Shown: positions 46,839-56,813, counted from the first letter of the stretch. The stretch is 64,000 nucleotides of DNA from Thermodesulfobacteriota bacterium (GCA_965226585.1 OZ245366.1:640001-704000); one strand, 5' to 3'. The notes: generated by a model not told the origin, from the sequence alone. Made by a program: numbers and translations.

Positions 46839-49800
46839 GTGTCTAAAAACTTAGCCTTACTCACCCTGCTTTCTTTCTTATTCACATTTTCCGCGCCGCC
46901 CTCTTATGCGCAGGAACCAGGAGTCTGCTACTACCACATCATCAACCCCTACTCAACATCCCTCCCCAGCACCATAGAACCCATAATGTCGGCCGATTGC
47001 CCCAGAGCGGACGGAAACGCATACCTCACCATTTTTTCAATCGCCCCTAATGATCATTACATAAATTCAACTAATGCCGCTATTTCGTACTACCCCACCC
47101 AAGCGGGCGCAAATACAATCATTTACGTTGGAGGTTTCAATATCACAACGGTACAACCAGACGGAGAATCTATATTTATCAATACCCCGGGGAACGGCCT
47201 TTTAGATATCGCTGACAGCGTGTTTATCACCAAACGCGGAACCGGCGGAAATGTTGTTACCATCACAGCCGGAACGGGTGATGTGGATATAGACATTTAC
47301 AATCAATCAAAAGTTCAAATTGAATCAACCGGCGGCGGGAACGGAATTGTCGCGTCAAGCGAAAGCGGAAGAGTGCTTGCGGACTTCTCCAATCAGGGAA
47401 GAATCTATTCAGTCCAAGATGACGCGACCGGGTTTATCGCAACAACCAACGGCGGTGAAATCAGCGCGAATTTTGACGGTTTGTATTCAAGAATACTTAT
47501 GTACCCTGTAGGCAATCACGCGGGCTCATCAGACTCCAAAGGCGCGACATTCACAAGCACAAGCGGCGATATAAGTGTTTCGCTGACAAACTCCTCGGCA
47601 ATCCTAGCCCCGTCTCTGGGAGATTCCCACGGCTTGGAGGCGGTAACGGGAGGGGACGGCGACATAAACATACATTTGCAAAATGGAAACGCCTGCATAG
47701 TCGGCAGAGACGGGGTTAAAGCCACCACTGTTGACGGCGACATAAACATATATCTGTCAGACGCGCTTATTCGCGGCAGGGGCAGAACGGGTTTGTCTGC
47801 AACATCTACAAACGGAGATATTACAATCACGGGAGATGGCACGGGCAATATTGCCTCTGTTGCTGGTAACGGCGTTTATCTTGACACCGGCGGTGAGGCA
47901 AGCATCAGCAATATTGATATATGGACGCAAGGAGATGGCGGCACAACAATAGAATCGGCAAGCGGCTTGCATGTAGTATCGGGAAATATCTGGGCTAACG
48001 GTTCGGGCGGCAATACGGTGGAAGCGGGAACTGTGAATGTGTCGGGCGGAGATATTTTTACGACAGTCCATAACAGCAATGCGGTGGTTGCGCAGGCGGT
48101 GAATATATCGGGCGGAGGGATTTGGATGCTCAGAGGCGGTTCATCAGAGAGCATTTTCAGTACCGCTGTGCTTCTCAGAAACGAAGACGGGCAAGCGGAA
48201 TTGACGGTTGGAGGAAGCGCGATTGTGTGCGGCGGTGCGCTTTCGGGCATAATCTGCACGGCAAGCGACTATGGCTATGCCGTGCGTGTTGAGACCCCGG
48301 CGGCGACCTATGGCACAACGATAACAACCGAACCCACCGGCAATATAACGGGCAGAATTGGGCTTTCTAACAACAACGATGTTTTCTACAACAATGGCTC
48401 TTTCACCGGACACGGAAACACCAGAGGCGGTGATGACATGGTTGAAAACAAGGGAACTTTCACCCTCACCGGAGATTTTGAAATGGGTGAAGGCGATGAC
48501 ACTTTTGAAAACAAAGACAGCGGAATGGTAGTTTATGGCAACCACTCAATAATCGCAGAAACCAAGCCTGATCCACCCTCCACGCAACAATCCTCTCCTT
48601 CCCGTCATTCCGCATCTTCACCATCCCGTCATTCCGTGCTTGACACGGAATCCAGTATTCAACTGGGTTACCCAATACTGGATTCCTGCTTTCGCAGGAA
48701 TGACGGAGAGGGCAGGAATGGCGAGAGTGGGGAATGTCATTCCGTGCTTGACACGGAATCCAGTATTCAACTGGCTAATCAATACTGGATTCCTGCTTCC
48801 GCAGGAATGACGGAGAGGGCAGAAATGACGGAAGGGGCGGGAATGACGGAGGGGGCAGCAAGCGGCGACAGCCGTTTCCGCCTTTCCGCATCAGACCCCG
48901 CCCCTGACGACACAACCGCAACCATTAACTTCGGCGATGGCGATGACCATTTCATAAACAACGGCACAATCGTAATTCAAGATACAGGCGGATTTAACGG
49001 CTTGGAGAAAATAACCTTCGGCGAAAACTCAACCGTTATGGTTACCGCAGACTCTGCCAAAATGACGACAGACAAACCCCTCATAGAACTTGAAGGCGAG
49101 ATAACTGCGGAAGATGTTAAAGACCTAAACATAAAATTAGCCAACCCTGAAAGACATTCAGACGAATTTTCTTTATTCAGCGAAAACTCTTTGCCTGACG
49201 GTGAAGCCGAAAGACAGGCGGTATTGAGCATGATAAGCGGCGGTCTTGGTGAAGGCAGTAGCGCGGGAGTGGATTCAAACGGCAATATATTTGTTGTGCT
49301 TGCCAATTCCGTTCACTTTAACTACCTGAGAAATTATGACGCAATGATCCAATCCGCTTACCACTCAGACACAAGTTTCTCAGAAAAACTGCGCGGCAGT
49401 TGTTACGGCGGGGAAGCGGAGACACAACATTTAAGCGGCGGCTGTCTCTGGGCAGATGCGGGAAGCCGTCACACGAGACACGACACAAAGGTTAAATACG
49501 GAGAAGACGCCTATGTATTTGCCGGAGGTTTTTCCATCCCCGCAGGGCAGTCCGCCGTGTCAATCGGAGCGGGTTATGAAACATCAGACTTTAATGCCGG
49601 AACTGATACAAACGCGGCGGGTGAGCGTTTTATGGCAGGGTTATCAGTAGCAGGTGAGATTTGGAAAAGAATTATCGCAGACGCAAGAACACAATTTGCA
49701 AAAGCGGCATGGGAATCAACATCCGCAAGGGGAGAAGACACTTATTCCGCAAAGACGGATATAACAACATGGTCTGCCGCAATAGGGGCAGAGATGCCGT

Positions 49801-50234
49801 TTTTCCCCGGTGGTGTATTTATGGTGGTTCCGCGTCTTGAAGCGGGAGTAGCCCGTGTATCTGCGGACAGTTTCACCGAAACCGGCGGCGGAGATATGCC
49901 TCTTTCTGTTGAAGGATTATCACAAACATATTTGCGTGTAACTCCATCGGTAACTGCTTATGCTCCCGCAGGGGAAAGTGTGAATATGTGGATGACCGCC
50001 GGAGCGGATGCTCATTTAACAGACCCCAAGACAGACTTAAAAGCTACCTTTTCTCCTGATGACCCTGTAAATACAAAAGGCGGACTTGAACGCATAAACA
50101 TAAGATACAGCGCGGGGGCTGAGGTAAATCCGGTAAAAGGTGTAAGTGTGCGGGTGGCGTATAGCGGCGGGGTTTCCACTACCTTTGATACGCTTACGCA
50201 GACATTTACGGCAAGGTTCGGAGTGGCGTTTTAA
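46839..50234 (+). CDS. Autotransporter (type Va) adhesin-like outer-membrane protein carrying an in-frame repeat insertion
   Basis: Signal peptide (PSYA/Q), Gly/Thr/Asn-rich beta-helix-like passenger, GDD-x-F-x-N-x-G repeats and a C-terminal amphipathic barrel ending in Phe. Confidence 0.88.
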   Translation: MSKNLALLTLLSFLFTFSAPPSYAQEPGVCYYHIINPYSTSLPSTIEPIMSADCPRADGNAYLTIFSIAPNDHYINSTNAAISYYPTQAGANTIIYVGGFNITTVQPDGESIFINTPGNGLLDIADSVFITKRGTGGNVVTITAGTGDVDIDIYNQSKVQIESTGGGNGIVASSESGRVLADFSNQGRIYSVQDDATGFIATTNGGEISANFDGLYSRILMYPVGNHAGSSDSKGATFTSTSGDISVSLTNSSAILAPSLGDSHGLEAVTGGDGDINIHLQNGNACIVGRDGVKATTVDGDINIYLSDALIRGRGRTGLSATSTNGDITITGDGTGNIASVAGNGVYLDTGGEASISNIDIWTQGDGGTTIESASGLHVVSGNIWANGSGGNTVEAGTVNVSGGDIFTTVHNSNAVVAQAVNISGGGIWMLRGGSSESIFSTAVLLRNEDGQAELTVGGSAIVCGGALSGIICTASDYGYAVRVETPAATYGTTITTEPTGNITGRIGLSNNNDVFYNNGSFTGHGNTRGGDDMVENKGTFTLTGDFEMGEGDDTFENKDSGMVVYGNHSIIAETKPDPPSTQQSSPSRHSASSPSRHSVLDTESSIQLGYPILDSCFRRNDGEGRNGESGECHSVLDTESSIQLANQYWIPASAGMTERAEMTEGAGMTEGAASGDSRFRLSASDPAPDDTTATINFGDGDDHFINNGTIVIQDTGGFNGLEKITFGENSTVMVTADSAKMTTDKPLIELEGEITAEDVKDLNIKLANPERHSDEFSLFSENSLPDGEAERQAVLSMISGGLGEGSSAGVDSNGNIFVVLANSVHFNYLRNYDAMIQSAYHSDTSFSEKLRGSCYGGEAETQHLSGGCLWADAGSRHTRHDTKVKYGEDAYVFAGGFSIPAGQSAVSIGAGYETSDFNAGTDTNAAGERFMAGLSVAGEIWKRIIADARTQFAKAAWESTSARGEDTYSAKTDITTWSAAIGAEMPFFPGGVFMVVPRLEAGVARVSADSFTETGGGDMPLSVEGLSQTYLRVTPSVTAYAPAGESVNMWMTAGADAHLTDPKTDLKATFSPDDPVNTKGGLERINIRYSAGAEVNPVKGVSVRVAYSGGVSTTFDTLTQTFTARFGVAF
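48593..48856. repeat. Palindromic repeat cluster E, intragenic (units 48628-48704 [77 bp] and 48736-48811, plus half-sites)
   Basis: Same unit, translated as HSVLDTESSIQL twice within the autotransporter ORF. Confidence 0.97.
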
Positions 50235-50598
50235 TACTGGATTCCTGCTTTCGCAGGAATGACGGGGAAGGGCAAGGAATGACGCTTCTCACCACTCCGT
50301 CATTCCGTGTTTGTCTCCTTCCCGTCATTCCGTGCTTGACACGGAATCCAGTATTCAACTGGTTAGTTAATACTGGATTCCTGCTTCCGCAGGAATGACA
50401 CTCCCCACTTCCGTCATTCCGTGCTTGACACGGAATCCAGTATTCAACTGGTTAATTAATACTGGATTCCTGCTTCCGCAGGAATGACACTCCCCACTTC
50501 CGTCATTCCGTGCCTGACACGGAATCCAGTATTCAACTGGTTAACCAATACTGGATTCCTGCTTTCGCAGGAATGACGGGGGGGGGGGCAGGAATGAC
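50231..50598. repeat. Palindromic repeat cluster F (right half-unit 50231-50263; full units 50324-50399, 50413-50488, 50502-50577)
   Basis: Same unit with an 89-bp period; begins at the autotransporter stop codon. Confidence 0.97.
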
Positions 50599-50655
50599 AC
50601 TTTTCCCCTTCCGCATCTTTATTTCACACTTAAAATGCCGTATAGAAACTTTACA

Positions 50656-51510
50656 ATGCCCGCAAGCAACACAACCTTTCAAATCCGCCCGATGACTGCC
50701 GGGGAAATCGGCATCGCAATAGACTGGGCGGCTCGCGAGGGGTGGAACCCGGGGCTTAATGATGCTCGGTGTTTTTATGCGGCAGACCCCGGAGGGTTTC
50801 TTGTGGGTCTGCTGGGAAACGAACCGGTTGCCGTTATCTCGGCGGTTAAATACGGAAAAACATTCGGCTTTATCGGGCTGTATATCGTTGAACCACAGTT
50901 TCGCGGACGGGGCTTTGGCTTGCGCCTGTGGCGGGCGGCAACTGAACGTTTGCAAGGGCGCGTAACAGGGCTTGACGGGGTTGTGGAACAGCAAGACAAT
51001 TACAAAAAATCAGGGTTTCGCTACTGCTGTCGTAACGCGCGCTATGAAGGGAAAGACTTTGCGGGCGGTGCAGACGGCGGGGTTTTTGAGGTTGCGCCTG
51101 AGATGTTTGATGAGGTGCGGGACTACGACAGAACGGTTTTTCCCGAAGAGAGAAACGGGTTTTTGAAAGAATGGATTTTTCAGGACGGGGCGGCTTGTGT
51201 GGCGGTCAGGCGGCGGGGCAAGCTGACAGGGTACGGGGTTTTGCGCCCGTGCAGAGACGGGTACAAGGCGGGACCTTTGTTCGCGGACAGCAGGCAAGAG
51301 GCGGAGGCGATTTTTCTTGCAATGACACGGACGGCGGGGAAGGGGGTTTCCGTTTTTCTTGACGTTCCGGGAGATAATCCGCTTGCGGCAGGGCTTGCTG
51401 AAAAACACGGGATGAAAACCGTTTTTGAAACGGCGCGTATGTATAAAGGCGATTTTCCCGCCGCTCCAAGTGAAAAGGTTTTCGGAATAACCAGTTTCGA
51501 ACTGGGATAG
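50656..51510 (+). CDS. GNAT-family N-acetyltransferase (two-domain, YitH-like)
   Basis: WAAREGWNPG, FIGLYIV.P.FRGRGFG, LDGVVEQQDNY.KSGF and FETARMY motifs. Confidence 0.9.
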   Translation: MPASNTTFQIRPMTAGEIGIAIDWAAREGWNPGLNDARCFYAADPGGFLVGLLGNEPVAVISAVKYGKTFGFIGLYIVEPQFRGRGFGLRLWRAATERLQGRVTGLDGVVEQQDNYKKSGFRYCCRNARYEGKDFAGGADGGVFEVAPEMFDEVRDYDRTVFPEERNGFLKEWIFQDGAACVAVRRRGKLTGYGVLRPCRDGYKAGPLFADSRQEAEAIFLAMTRTAGKGVSVFLDVPGDNPLAAGLAEKHGMKTVFETARMYKGDFPAAPSEKVFGITSFELG

Positions 51511-51512
51511 GG

Positions 51513-52289
51513 TCAGCCGGAATTTCCGCAGTATTTTTGCGTCAAATTTTTAGTCTCTCCGCGCTCGGCTTCAGACGGTTTTCTATCCGCCATTTCGCCA
51601 AGTTCCGCGCAAGCGGATTTTGTGTCTCCCGATTTTATTAAAGATGCGGCGAGATTGAGACGCGCCTCATTGTAGCCCGGAGCAAGACGCAAAGCCGCTC
51701 TGAACTGCGCCGCCGCTTCGGTGTGTTTGGAGAGTTTGGAAAGCAATTTTCCGTATTCATTTTTCGAGTAGATGTTTGACGGCTCAATCCTGAGGGATTT
51801 TTTCAAAAACTTTTCAGCGGATTTTGTGTCGTTTTTCATATCATACGCCCTCGCAATGTTCACAAAAGCCGCGTACCGGAGCGGATAACTTATGTCTTGC
51901 GATACAACGGAACATTCACGAATGGCGGCGTCCGGTTTGTTTCCGGCAATATACAAGCCGCACAAGTTGTACCTCGCTTTTGTGTATTTGCCGTCAATCT
52001 CAAGGGCTTTTTTGTAACTGCTCTCCGCCGCCTCAGGGTCTTTAAGACCGAAATAGGCGATGCCCTTTATGAAATGTATTTCCGGGTCTCCCGCCGCCTG
52101 TTTTTCAGCCGCCTCCATCTCCCTCACCGCGCCGATGAAGTCTCCGCCTCTTGCGTATGAAGATGCGAGGTTTTTGCGGTTTTTGACAGACATTTCCGAC
52201 CCCGCTCCCGTTCCCGCGCACGAAACGCACAGAAGCGGCGCGAGCAGAAAAGCGAGAAGGGCTGAACGTTTTTTAGGCGGTAAAGTCAT
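51513..52289 (-). CDS. TPR lipoprotein (PilF/PilW pilotin-like)
   Basis: Lipobox-like CVSC after a hydrophobic segment; serial TPR repeats. Confidence 0.75.
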   Translation of the reverse strand: MTLPPKKRSALLAFLLAPLLCVSCAGTGAGSEMSVKNRKNLASSYARGGDFIGAVREMEAAEKQAAGDPEIHFIKGIAYFGLKDPEAAESSYKKALEIDGKYTKARYNLCGLYIAGNKPDAAIRECSVVSQDISYPLRYAAFVNIARAYDMKNDTKSAEKFLKKSLRIEPSNIYSKNEYGKLLSKLSKHTEAAAQFRAALRLAPGYNEARLNLAASLIKSGDTKSACAELGEMADRKPSEAERGETKNLTQKYCGNSG

Positions 52290-52315
52290 TTGGCGGAGAA
52301 GGGCAAGGCGATTTT

Positions 52316-53218
52316 TTAGAACTTCACCATTTTCATAAAATCGGCGAGCCGTTTCTGAAACTTTGCCTTGTTCATTTTTTTTATGGTTTCCGTTCCCATG
52401 CCTTCCACGGTGAAGGAAGCCAGCACGGAGCCGTGAACAACCGCTTTTTTCAGTTTCGCGGGGCTGTCCGCGCCGTTTTCGCTCAAGTATCCCATAAACC
52501 CTCCGGCAAACGTGTCTCCCGCTCCCGTGGGGTCAACCGCCTTTTCAACCGGATAGGCGGGGGCGGAAAAAATGCCGTCAGGGGAAAACATCATGGAGCC
52601 GAACTCGCCCCTTTTGACCACCACCGTCCGGGGTCCCATTTTTCTTATCGCTCTGGCGGCGGAGATGACTGATTTTTCACCGCTCAAATCCAGCGCCTCG
52701 GAATTGTTGATTATGAGAATGTCCACCATTTTGAGGATTTTTTTCAAATCAGCGGGGCTGTTGTCTATCCAGAAATTCATCGTGTCGCACGCGACAACGC
52801 GCGGCGATTTAACCTGCTTCAAAGTCTCCATCTGCACAACGGGATCCAGATTGGCGAGAAAAACGAACTCCGCGTTTTTCATCTTTTCAGGCAGTTCCGG
52901 CTTGAAGTTTTCAAGCGCGTTCAGATGGACGAAAACCGTTTCCGGGTCTCCGAGATTTTCAGGATACTTTCCCTTCCACCGGAAAGTGCCGCCGTCAGAA
53001 ACTTCAAGTCCGCTTGTGTCAACACCGGCTTTTTTCAGCAGACGCGAATGAGGGGCGGGAAAGTCTTTTCCCACCACCGCCGATATGCCGACCTTTGTGA
53101 ACAAAGACGCTCCGAGGCATGAATAGACGGCTGAGCCGCCGAGAATTTCGTCCGCGCTGTCAGACGGAGTTTCTATGGAATCTATCGCAACCGTTCCCAC
53201 AACGATCAGTTTGCTCAT
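52316..53218 (-). CDS. PfkB-family sugar/nucleoside kinase
   Basis: LGGSA, DTMNFWI, VKRGEFG and DPTGAGDTFAGG motifs. Confidence 0.92.
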   Translation of the reverse strand: MSKLIVVGTVAIDSIETPSDSADEILGGSAVYSCLGASLFTKVGISAVVGKDFPAPHSRLLKKAGVDTSGLEVSDGGTFRWKGKYPENLGDPETVFVHLNALENFKPELPEKMKNAEFVFLANLDPVVQMETLKQVKSPRVVACDTMNFWIDNSPADLKKILKMVDILIINNSEALDLSGEKSVISAARAIRKMGPRTVVVKRGEFGSMMFSPDGIFSAPAYPVEKAVDPTGAGDTFAGGFMGYLSENGADSPAKLKKAVVHGSVLASFTVEGMGTETIKKMNKAKFQKRLADFMKMVKF

Positions 53219-54078
53219 TTAAGAAACCTCCCGATTATTACGCCCAGCCGCTTTTTCGCCTCTGCGCTCATCGCTTCGGGGCTCGTAAGAACCGCATTTT
53301 CAAGAGCGCGCGGGCAGGCGGGGCAATCGGGCAAGCCCGCGATAATCTCCACCGCCGCTTTGAGAATGTTTTTCGCCTTCTCAACGTTTTCGCCAAGCGT
53401 TTTCAAAATATCTTCCACGGTTACGGAGTCGTGCCCCGGATGCCAGCAGTCATAGTCTGTCGCCATTGCAAGGGTCGCGTAGCACATCTCCGCCTCTCTC
53501 GCCAGTTTCGCTTCGGGCATATTTGTCATCCCTATAACGTCCACGCCCCACTGTCTGTAAAGGTTGCTCTCAGCGCGGGACGAGAACTGCGGGCCCTCCA
53601 TGCAGATGTAGGTTCCGCCGCGTTTTGCCGCCGCGCCTGACTTCTCCGCCGCATCTGCGAGGACATCGCAAAGCCCGGCGCAAACGGGGTCTGCCATTGA
53701 GACGTGCGCCACAACGCCGCCGCCGAAAAATGTGCTTTCCCTTCTTTTTGTGTGGTCTATGAACTGTGACGGAATTACCACATCGCCGGGTTTTATCTCC
53801 TCTTTCATGCTTCCCACCGCGCCTACGGAAATGACCTGCCGGACGCCCAGACTTTTAAGGGCGTATATGTTTGCCCGGTAGTTTATCTCTGACGGCATAA
53901 CCGTGTGCCCGCTTCCGTGACGCGGAAGAAACGCCAGTTTCACATCTCCCGCTTCTGCGGTGGTTATCCGGTCTGAAGGGTCTCCCCACGGGGTTTTGAC
54001 CTCCACCTCTTCGGTGTTTTCAAAGCCGCTTATGCCGTAAAGCCCGCTTCCGCCTATTATGCCGATATGCTTTTTCAT
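53215..54078 (-). CDS. mtnP: S-methyl-5'-thioadenosine phosphorylase
   Basis: IGIIGGSGLY, FLPRHG, NYRANI, EGPQFSSRAES, GMTNMPEAKLARE and TDYDCW motifs. Confidence 0.95.
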   Translation of the reverse strand: MKKHIGIIGGSGLYGISGFENTEEVEVKTPWGDPSDRITTAEAGDVKLAFLPRHGSGHTVMPSEINYRANIYALKSLGVRQVISVGAVGSMKEEIKPGDVVIPSQFIDHTKRRESTFFGGGVVAHVSMADPVCAGLCDVLADAAEKSGAAAKRGGTYICMEGPQFSSRAESNLYRQWGVDVIGMTNMPEAKLAREAEMCYATLAMATDYDCWHPGHDSVTVEDILKTLGENVEKAKNILKAAVEIIAGLPDCPACPRALENAVLTSPEAMSAEAKKRLGVIIGRFLK

Positions 54079-54088
54079 CTTTCTCCTT

Positions 54089-54730
54089 TTACTTTTTTTC
54101 AAGGCGCAGAATAAATCTGCTCTCTCCGCTTACAGGCAGTTTAAGTTCCTCCGCTGTCTCGTTGAATGCGCCGGAAAGTGATTTTTGTTCTTCCCGCCAC
54201 TCCCGCGCGCCGTTTTTTCCTTTCATAACTAATACTATGCCGCCCTTTTTTACAAGAGGCGCGGACAGGCGGACAACCTCAGCCGTTTTCGCGACAGCCC
54301 TTGAGACGGCGACATCAAAACCGCCGCCGATTTTCTCATCCTCAGCCCCCGCCCTTGCCTTGACCGCCCTTGCGTTTTCAAGCCCCAGCTTCCGTATCGC
54401 CTCTTTCATAAAGAAAACCTTTTTCTCCCGCGAATCGGCAAGCACAAGATCGATGGAAGGCAGGCATATTTTCAGCGGTATTCCGGGCAGCCCGGCTCCC
54501 GCCCCTATGTCCAAAACGGACGAGCCGGGGGCGATATGGCGGAGCACGGTGAGGGAGTCTATAAAGTGGGAAACCGCTATGCGGCGCGGCTCTGTGACGG
54601 AGGTCAGGTTGATGGAGTCCGCCCATTTTATGAGCAGGGTTGAGAAGGTCTCAAACCTTTGCGCCATTACGGGGTTTATCTCAACGCCGAGTTCCCTTGC
54701 CCCTGAGGCAATTGTTTCAGATACGGTCAT
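54089..54730 (-). CDS. rsmG: 16S rRNA m7G527 methyltransferase
   Basis: INLTS, HFIDSL, LDIGAGAGLPGIPL and SRAV motifs. Confidence 0.95.
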   Translation of the reverse strand: MTVSETIASGARELGVEINPVMAQRFETFSTLLIKWADSINLTSVTEPRRIAVSHFIDSLTVLRHIAPGSSVLDIGAGAGLPGIPLKICLPSIDLVLADSREKKVFFMKEAIRKLGLENARAVKARAGAEDEKIGGGFDVAVSRAVAKTAEVVRLSAPLVKKGGIVLVMKGKNGAREWREEQKSLSGAFNETAEELKLPVSGESRFILRLEKK

Positions 54731-55557
54731 TTTCTAACGTATATGGACGCCGGATGACTGACGATTATGTTCGGTTTGCCCCGGTACATTGAAACTCTTC
54801 CGGCAATCTGAACCTGTTTGCCCTTGTAGCGCGTGCGGGGTTTGATGCCGAAATGTTTGAAGTTTTCTGAAGCATTTGAAAATATCACAATCCCTGCTCC
54901 GCCGTCCGTATCAAGTATAACCATACCGTTTCTTTTCCGTTTCGCTCCGGTTATCAACGCCCTGATGACCACTCTTTCGCCCACCCGCGAGGGGAGTTCG
55001 CTTTGCGGAATTACAAAATTTTTGTGGCTTTCGTGCGGCTTGAAGTTGCCGTCTCCGCTCCAAATCCCGCGCCGGCTTTTCTTCGCCTCTTTTGCCGCCG
55101 CTCTGAACTTATCCATCATGGCCGTGTCCTGACCGTCCATTTCAAAAACGGTTGCCAGCCCCGCGCGCAAAATCTCCGCGCTCACATTTGTTTCTCCCGC
55201 GAAAACAAAGCCCAGAAGCCGCCCGTATCTGTCGTATCTCTGCTCGCCGAACCGCACCCGCACGGTTTTGTTCTCCACAAGTTTCGCGTTCAGCCGTGTC
55301 GCCTCCTCTGACAGCGGGTCTCCCGGAGAGTTTTTCCGCGCCACTTCCGGGCAGTCAATCCCCTCGTACCGCAAGCTGTATTTCCGCCCGTTTTTGGCGC
55401 GTATCCCTATGGTGTCTCCGTCTATAACGCGTGTAACGGTAAAGGTTTCCGTCCGCGCTCCGTTTCCCGAAAGGCGCGAAGACACACCGCCGTATCCCGC
55501 CGCCACAGCGAGTATCAAAAGCGGAAGAAACCATTTTGCCACAGACCGGTTTTTCAT
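54727..55557 (-). CDS. Thermonuclease (SNase-like) family protein with a C-terminal OB-like domain
   Basis: N-terminal TM; RVIDGDTI, GIDCPE, DRYGRLLG, GLA and RGIW motifs. Confidence 0.88.
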   Translation of the reverse strand: MKNRSVAKWFLPLLILAVAAGYGGVSSRLSGNGARTETFTVTRVIDGDTIGIRAKNGRKYSLRYEGIDCPEVARKNSPGDPLSEEATRLNAKLVENKTVRVRFGEQRYDRYGRLLGFVFAGETNVSAEILRAGLATVFEMDGQDTAMMDKFRAAAKEAKKSRRGIWSGDGNFKPHESHKNFVIPQSELPSRVGERVVIRALITGAKRKRNGMVILDTDGGAGIVIFSNASENFKHFGIKPRTRYKGKQVQIAGRVSMYRGKPNIIVSHPASIYVRK

Positions 55558-56702
55558 GTTTTTGCCGTCTCCGCCGTTTCGCGCTCAAATATCAGGAACA
55601 CAAAAAAGCCGCACAGAACCGCCGCCCCGGCAATCGCGTACATGGCGCGCAGTCCGAACATCTCCGCCGCTATGCCAAGCGGAAACGCCGCGTAGTTTAT
55701 ACCCACGCTGAATGACGAATTGAACGCGCCCATCGCCTTTGCCATTCCGGTTTTTGTTCTGTCCGTTATCATCGCCCCGAGAGCGGGGTAGAGAAGCCCG
55801 TAGCCCGCGCTGAACAGAATACAGAACAGAACCGCCTGCAGGTCTGAACGGGCTTGCGACACGAGAAACAGCGAAACGGCGGCAACAAAAAGGGCGGGGG
55901 CGGCGACTGTTTTTCTTCCCACTCTGTCCGCCAGTTTTGAGGAAAGTATTCTCACGGTTATCACCGTTACGGCGTATGTCAGAAAGAAACGCGAGGCGGC
56001 AAAACCGGATTCTGATGAAAACACGGCGAAGAAATTCAGCAGACTTCCCAAACCCACCGCGAGCATGAGATTGGCAAACAGAATTGTTCTGTAACGTTTT
56101 GCGACAACCAGATTGAAAAATCCTCCCGTCCACCGCCGCCCCGCCTGCGGTTTGAAGTTCTCATCCTTAACCAGCAGGGCGAGAATAAAAGACACGCCGC
56201 CGAAAACTGAAGAATAGACAAACAGCCCCTCCGCCGCGCGGGTTTGCATTATCCACTCTCCCGCGCCCGGACCCACCGCGTATGAAAATATGGTGAAAGC
56301 CCCGAAAATTCCCAGCCGTTCGGCAATGCGGTCTTTTTCCGCGACATCTGAAACGGCGGCGGCGGCGGAGGTGAAAAACGCCGCGAAACCGGCTCCCTGA
56401 ATCAGGCGCAGAATATAGATTGCGTATCCGAGGCTGTCTATGAAAAGGAAACACACGGACGCTCCCGTCATCAGAGCCGCCCCCGCCGCCATAAACGCCT
56501 TTCGCCCCCCGCGGTCAGACATTGCGGAAACAAAAGGTATGCACAGAAGGGAGGTTACGCCGAAACTTCCCATTATGTAGCCAATCTGCGCCTCGCCGCC
56601 GCCAAGATCCCTTATGAAAACGGGCAGGAGAAAAAAGGACGAGAAGTTACAGAAGAAAAAGAAGTTTGACGCTGTTATGAGGGTGAAATTCATGGCGTGC
56701 AA
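55554..56702 (-). CDS. Major facilitator superfamily transporter
   Basis: 12 TM; SDRGGRK, LRLIQGAG and LADRVGRK motifs. Confidence 0.9.
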   Translation of the reverse strand: MHAMNFTLITASNFFFFCNFSSFFLLPVFIRDLGGGEAQIGYIMGSFGVTSLLCIPFVSAMSDRGGRKAFMAAGAALMTGASVCFLFIDSLGYAIYILRLIQGAGFAAFFTSAAAAVSDVAEKDRIAERLGIFGAFTIFSYAVGPGAGEWIMQTRAAEGLFVYSSVFGGVSFILALLVKDENFKPQAGRRWTGGFFNLVVAKRYRTILFANLMLAVGLGSLLNFFAVFSSESGFAASRFFLTYAVTVITVRILSSKLADRVGRKTVAAPALFVAAVSLFLVSQARSDLQAVLFCILFSAGYGLLYPALGAMITDRTKTGMAKAMGAFNSSFSVGINYAAFPLGIAAEMFGLRAMYAIAGAAVLCGFFVFLIFERETAETAKT

Positions 56703-56813
56703 TTTATGGCGCGTGGGTTTGCGCGTCCGCCTGATTTTGCACGGAATTCGCGCTTTTGTAAAAACCCGCGTATTTGTTTCTGTCGCCCGCGATTTGTGTT
56801 ATATTGCCCACCG

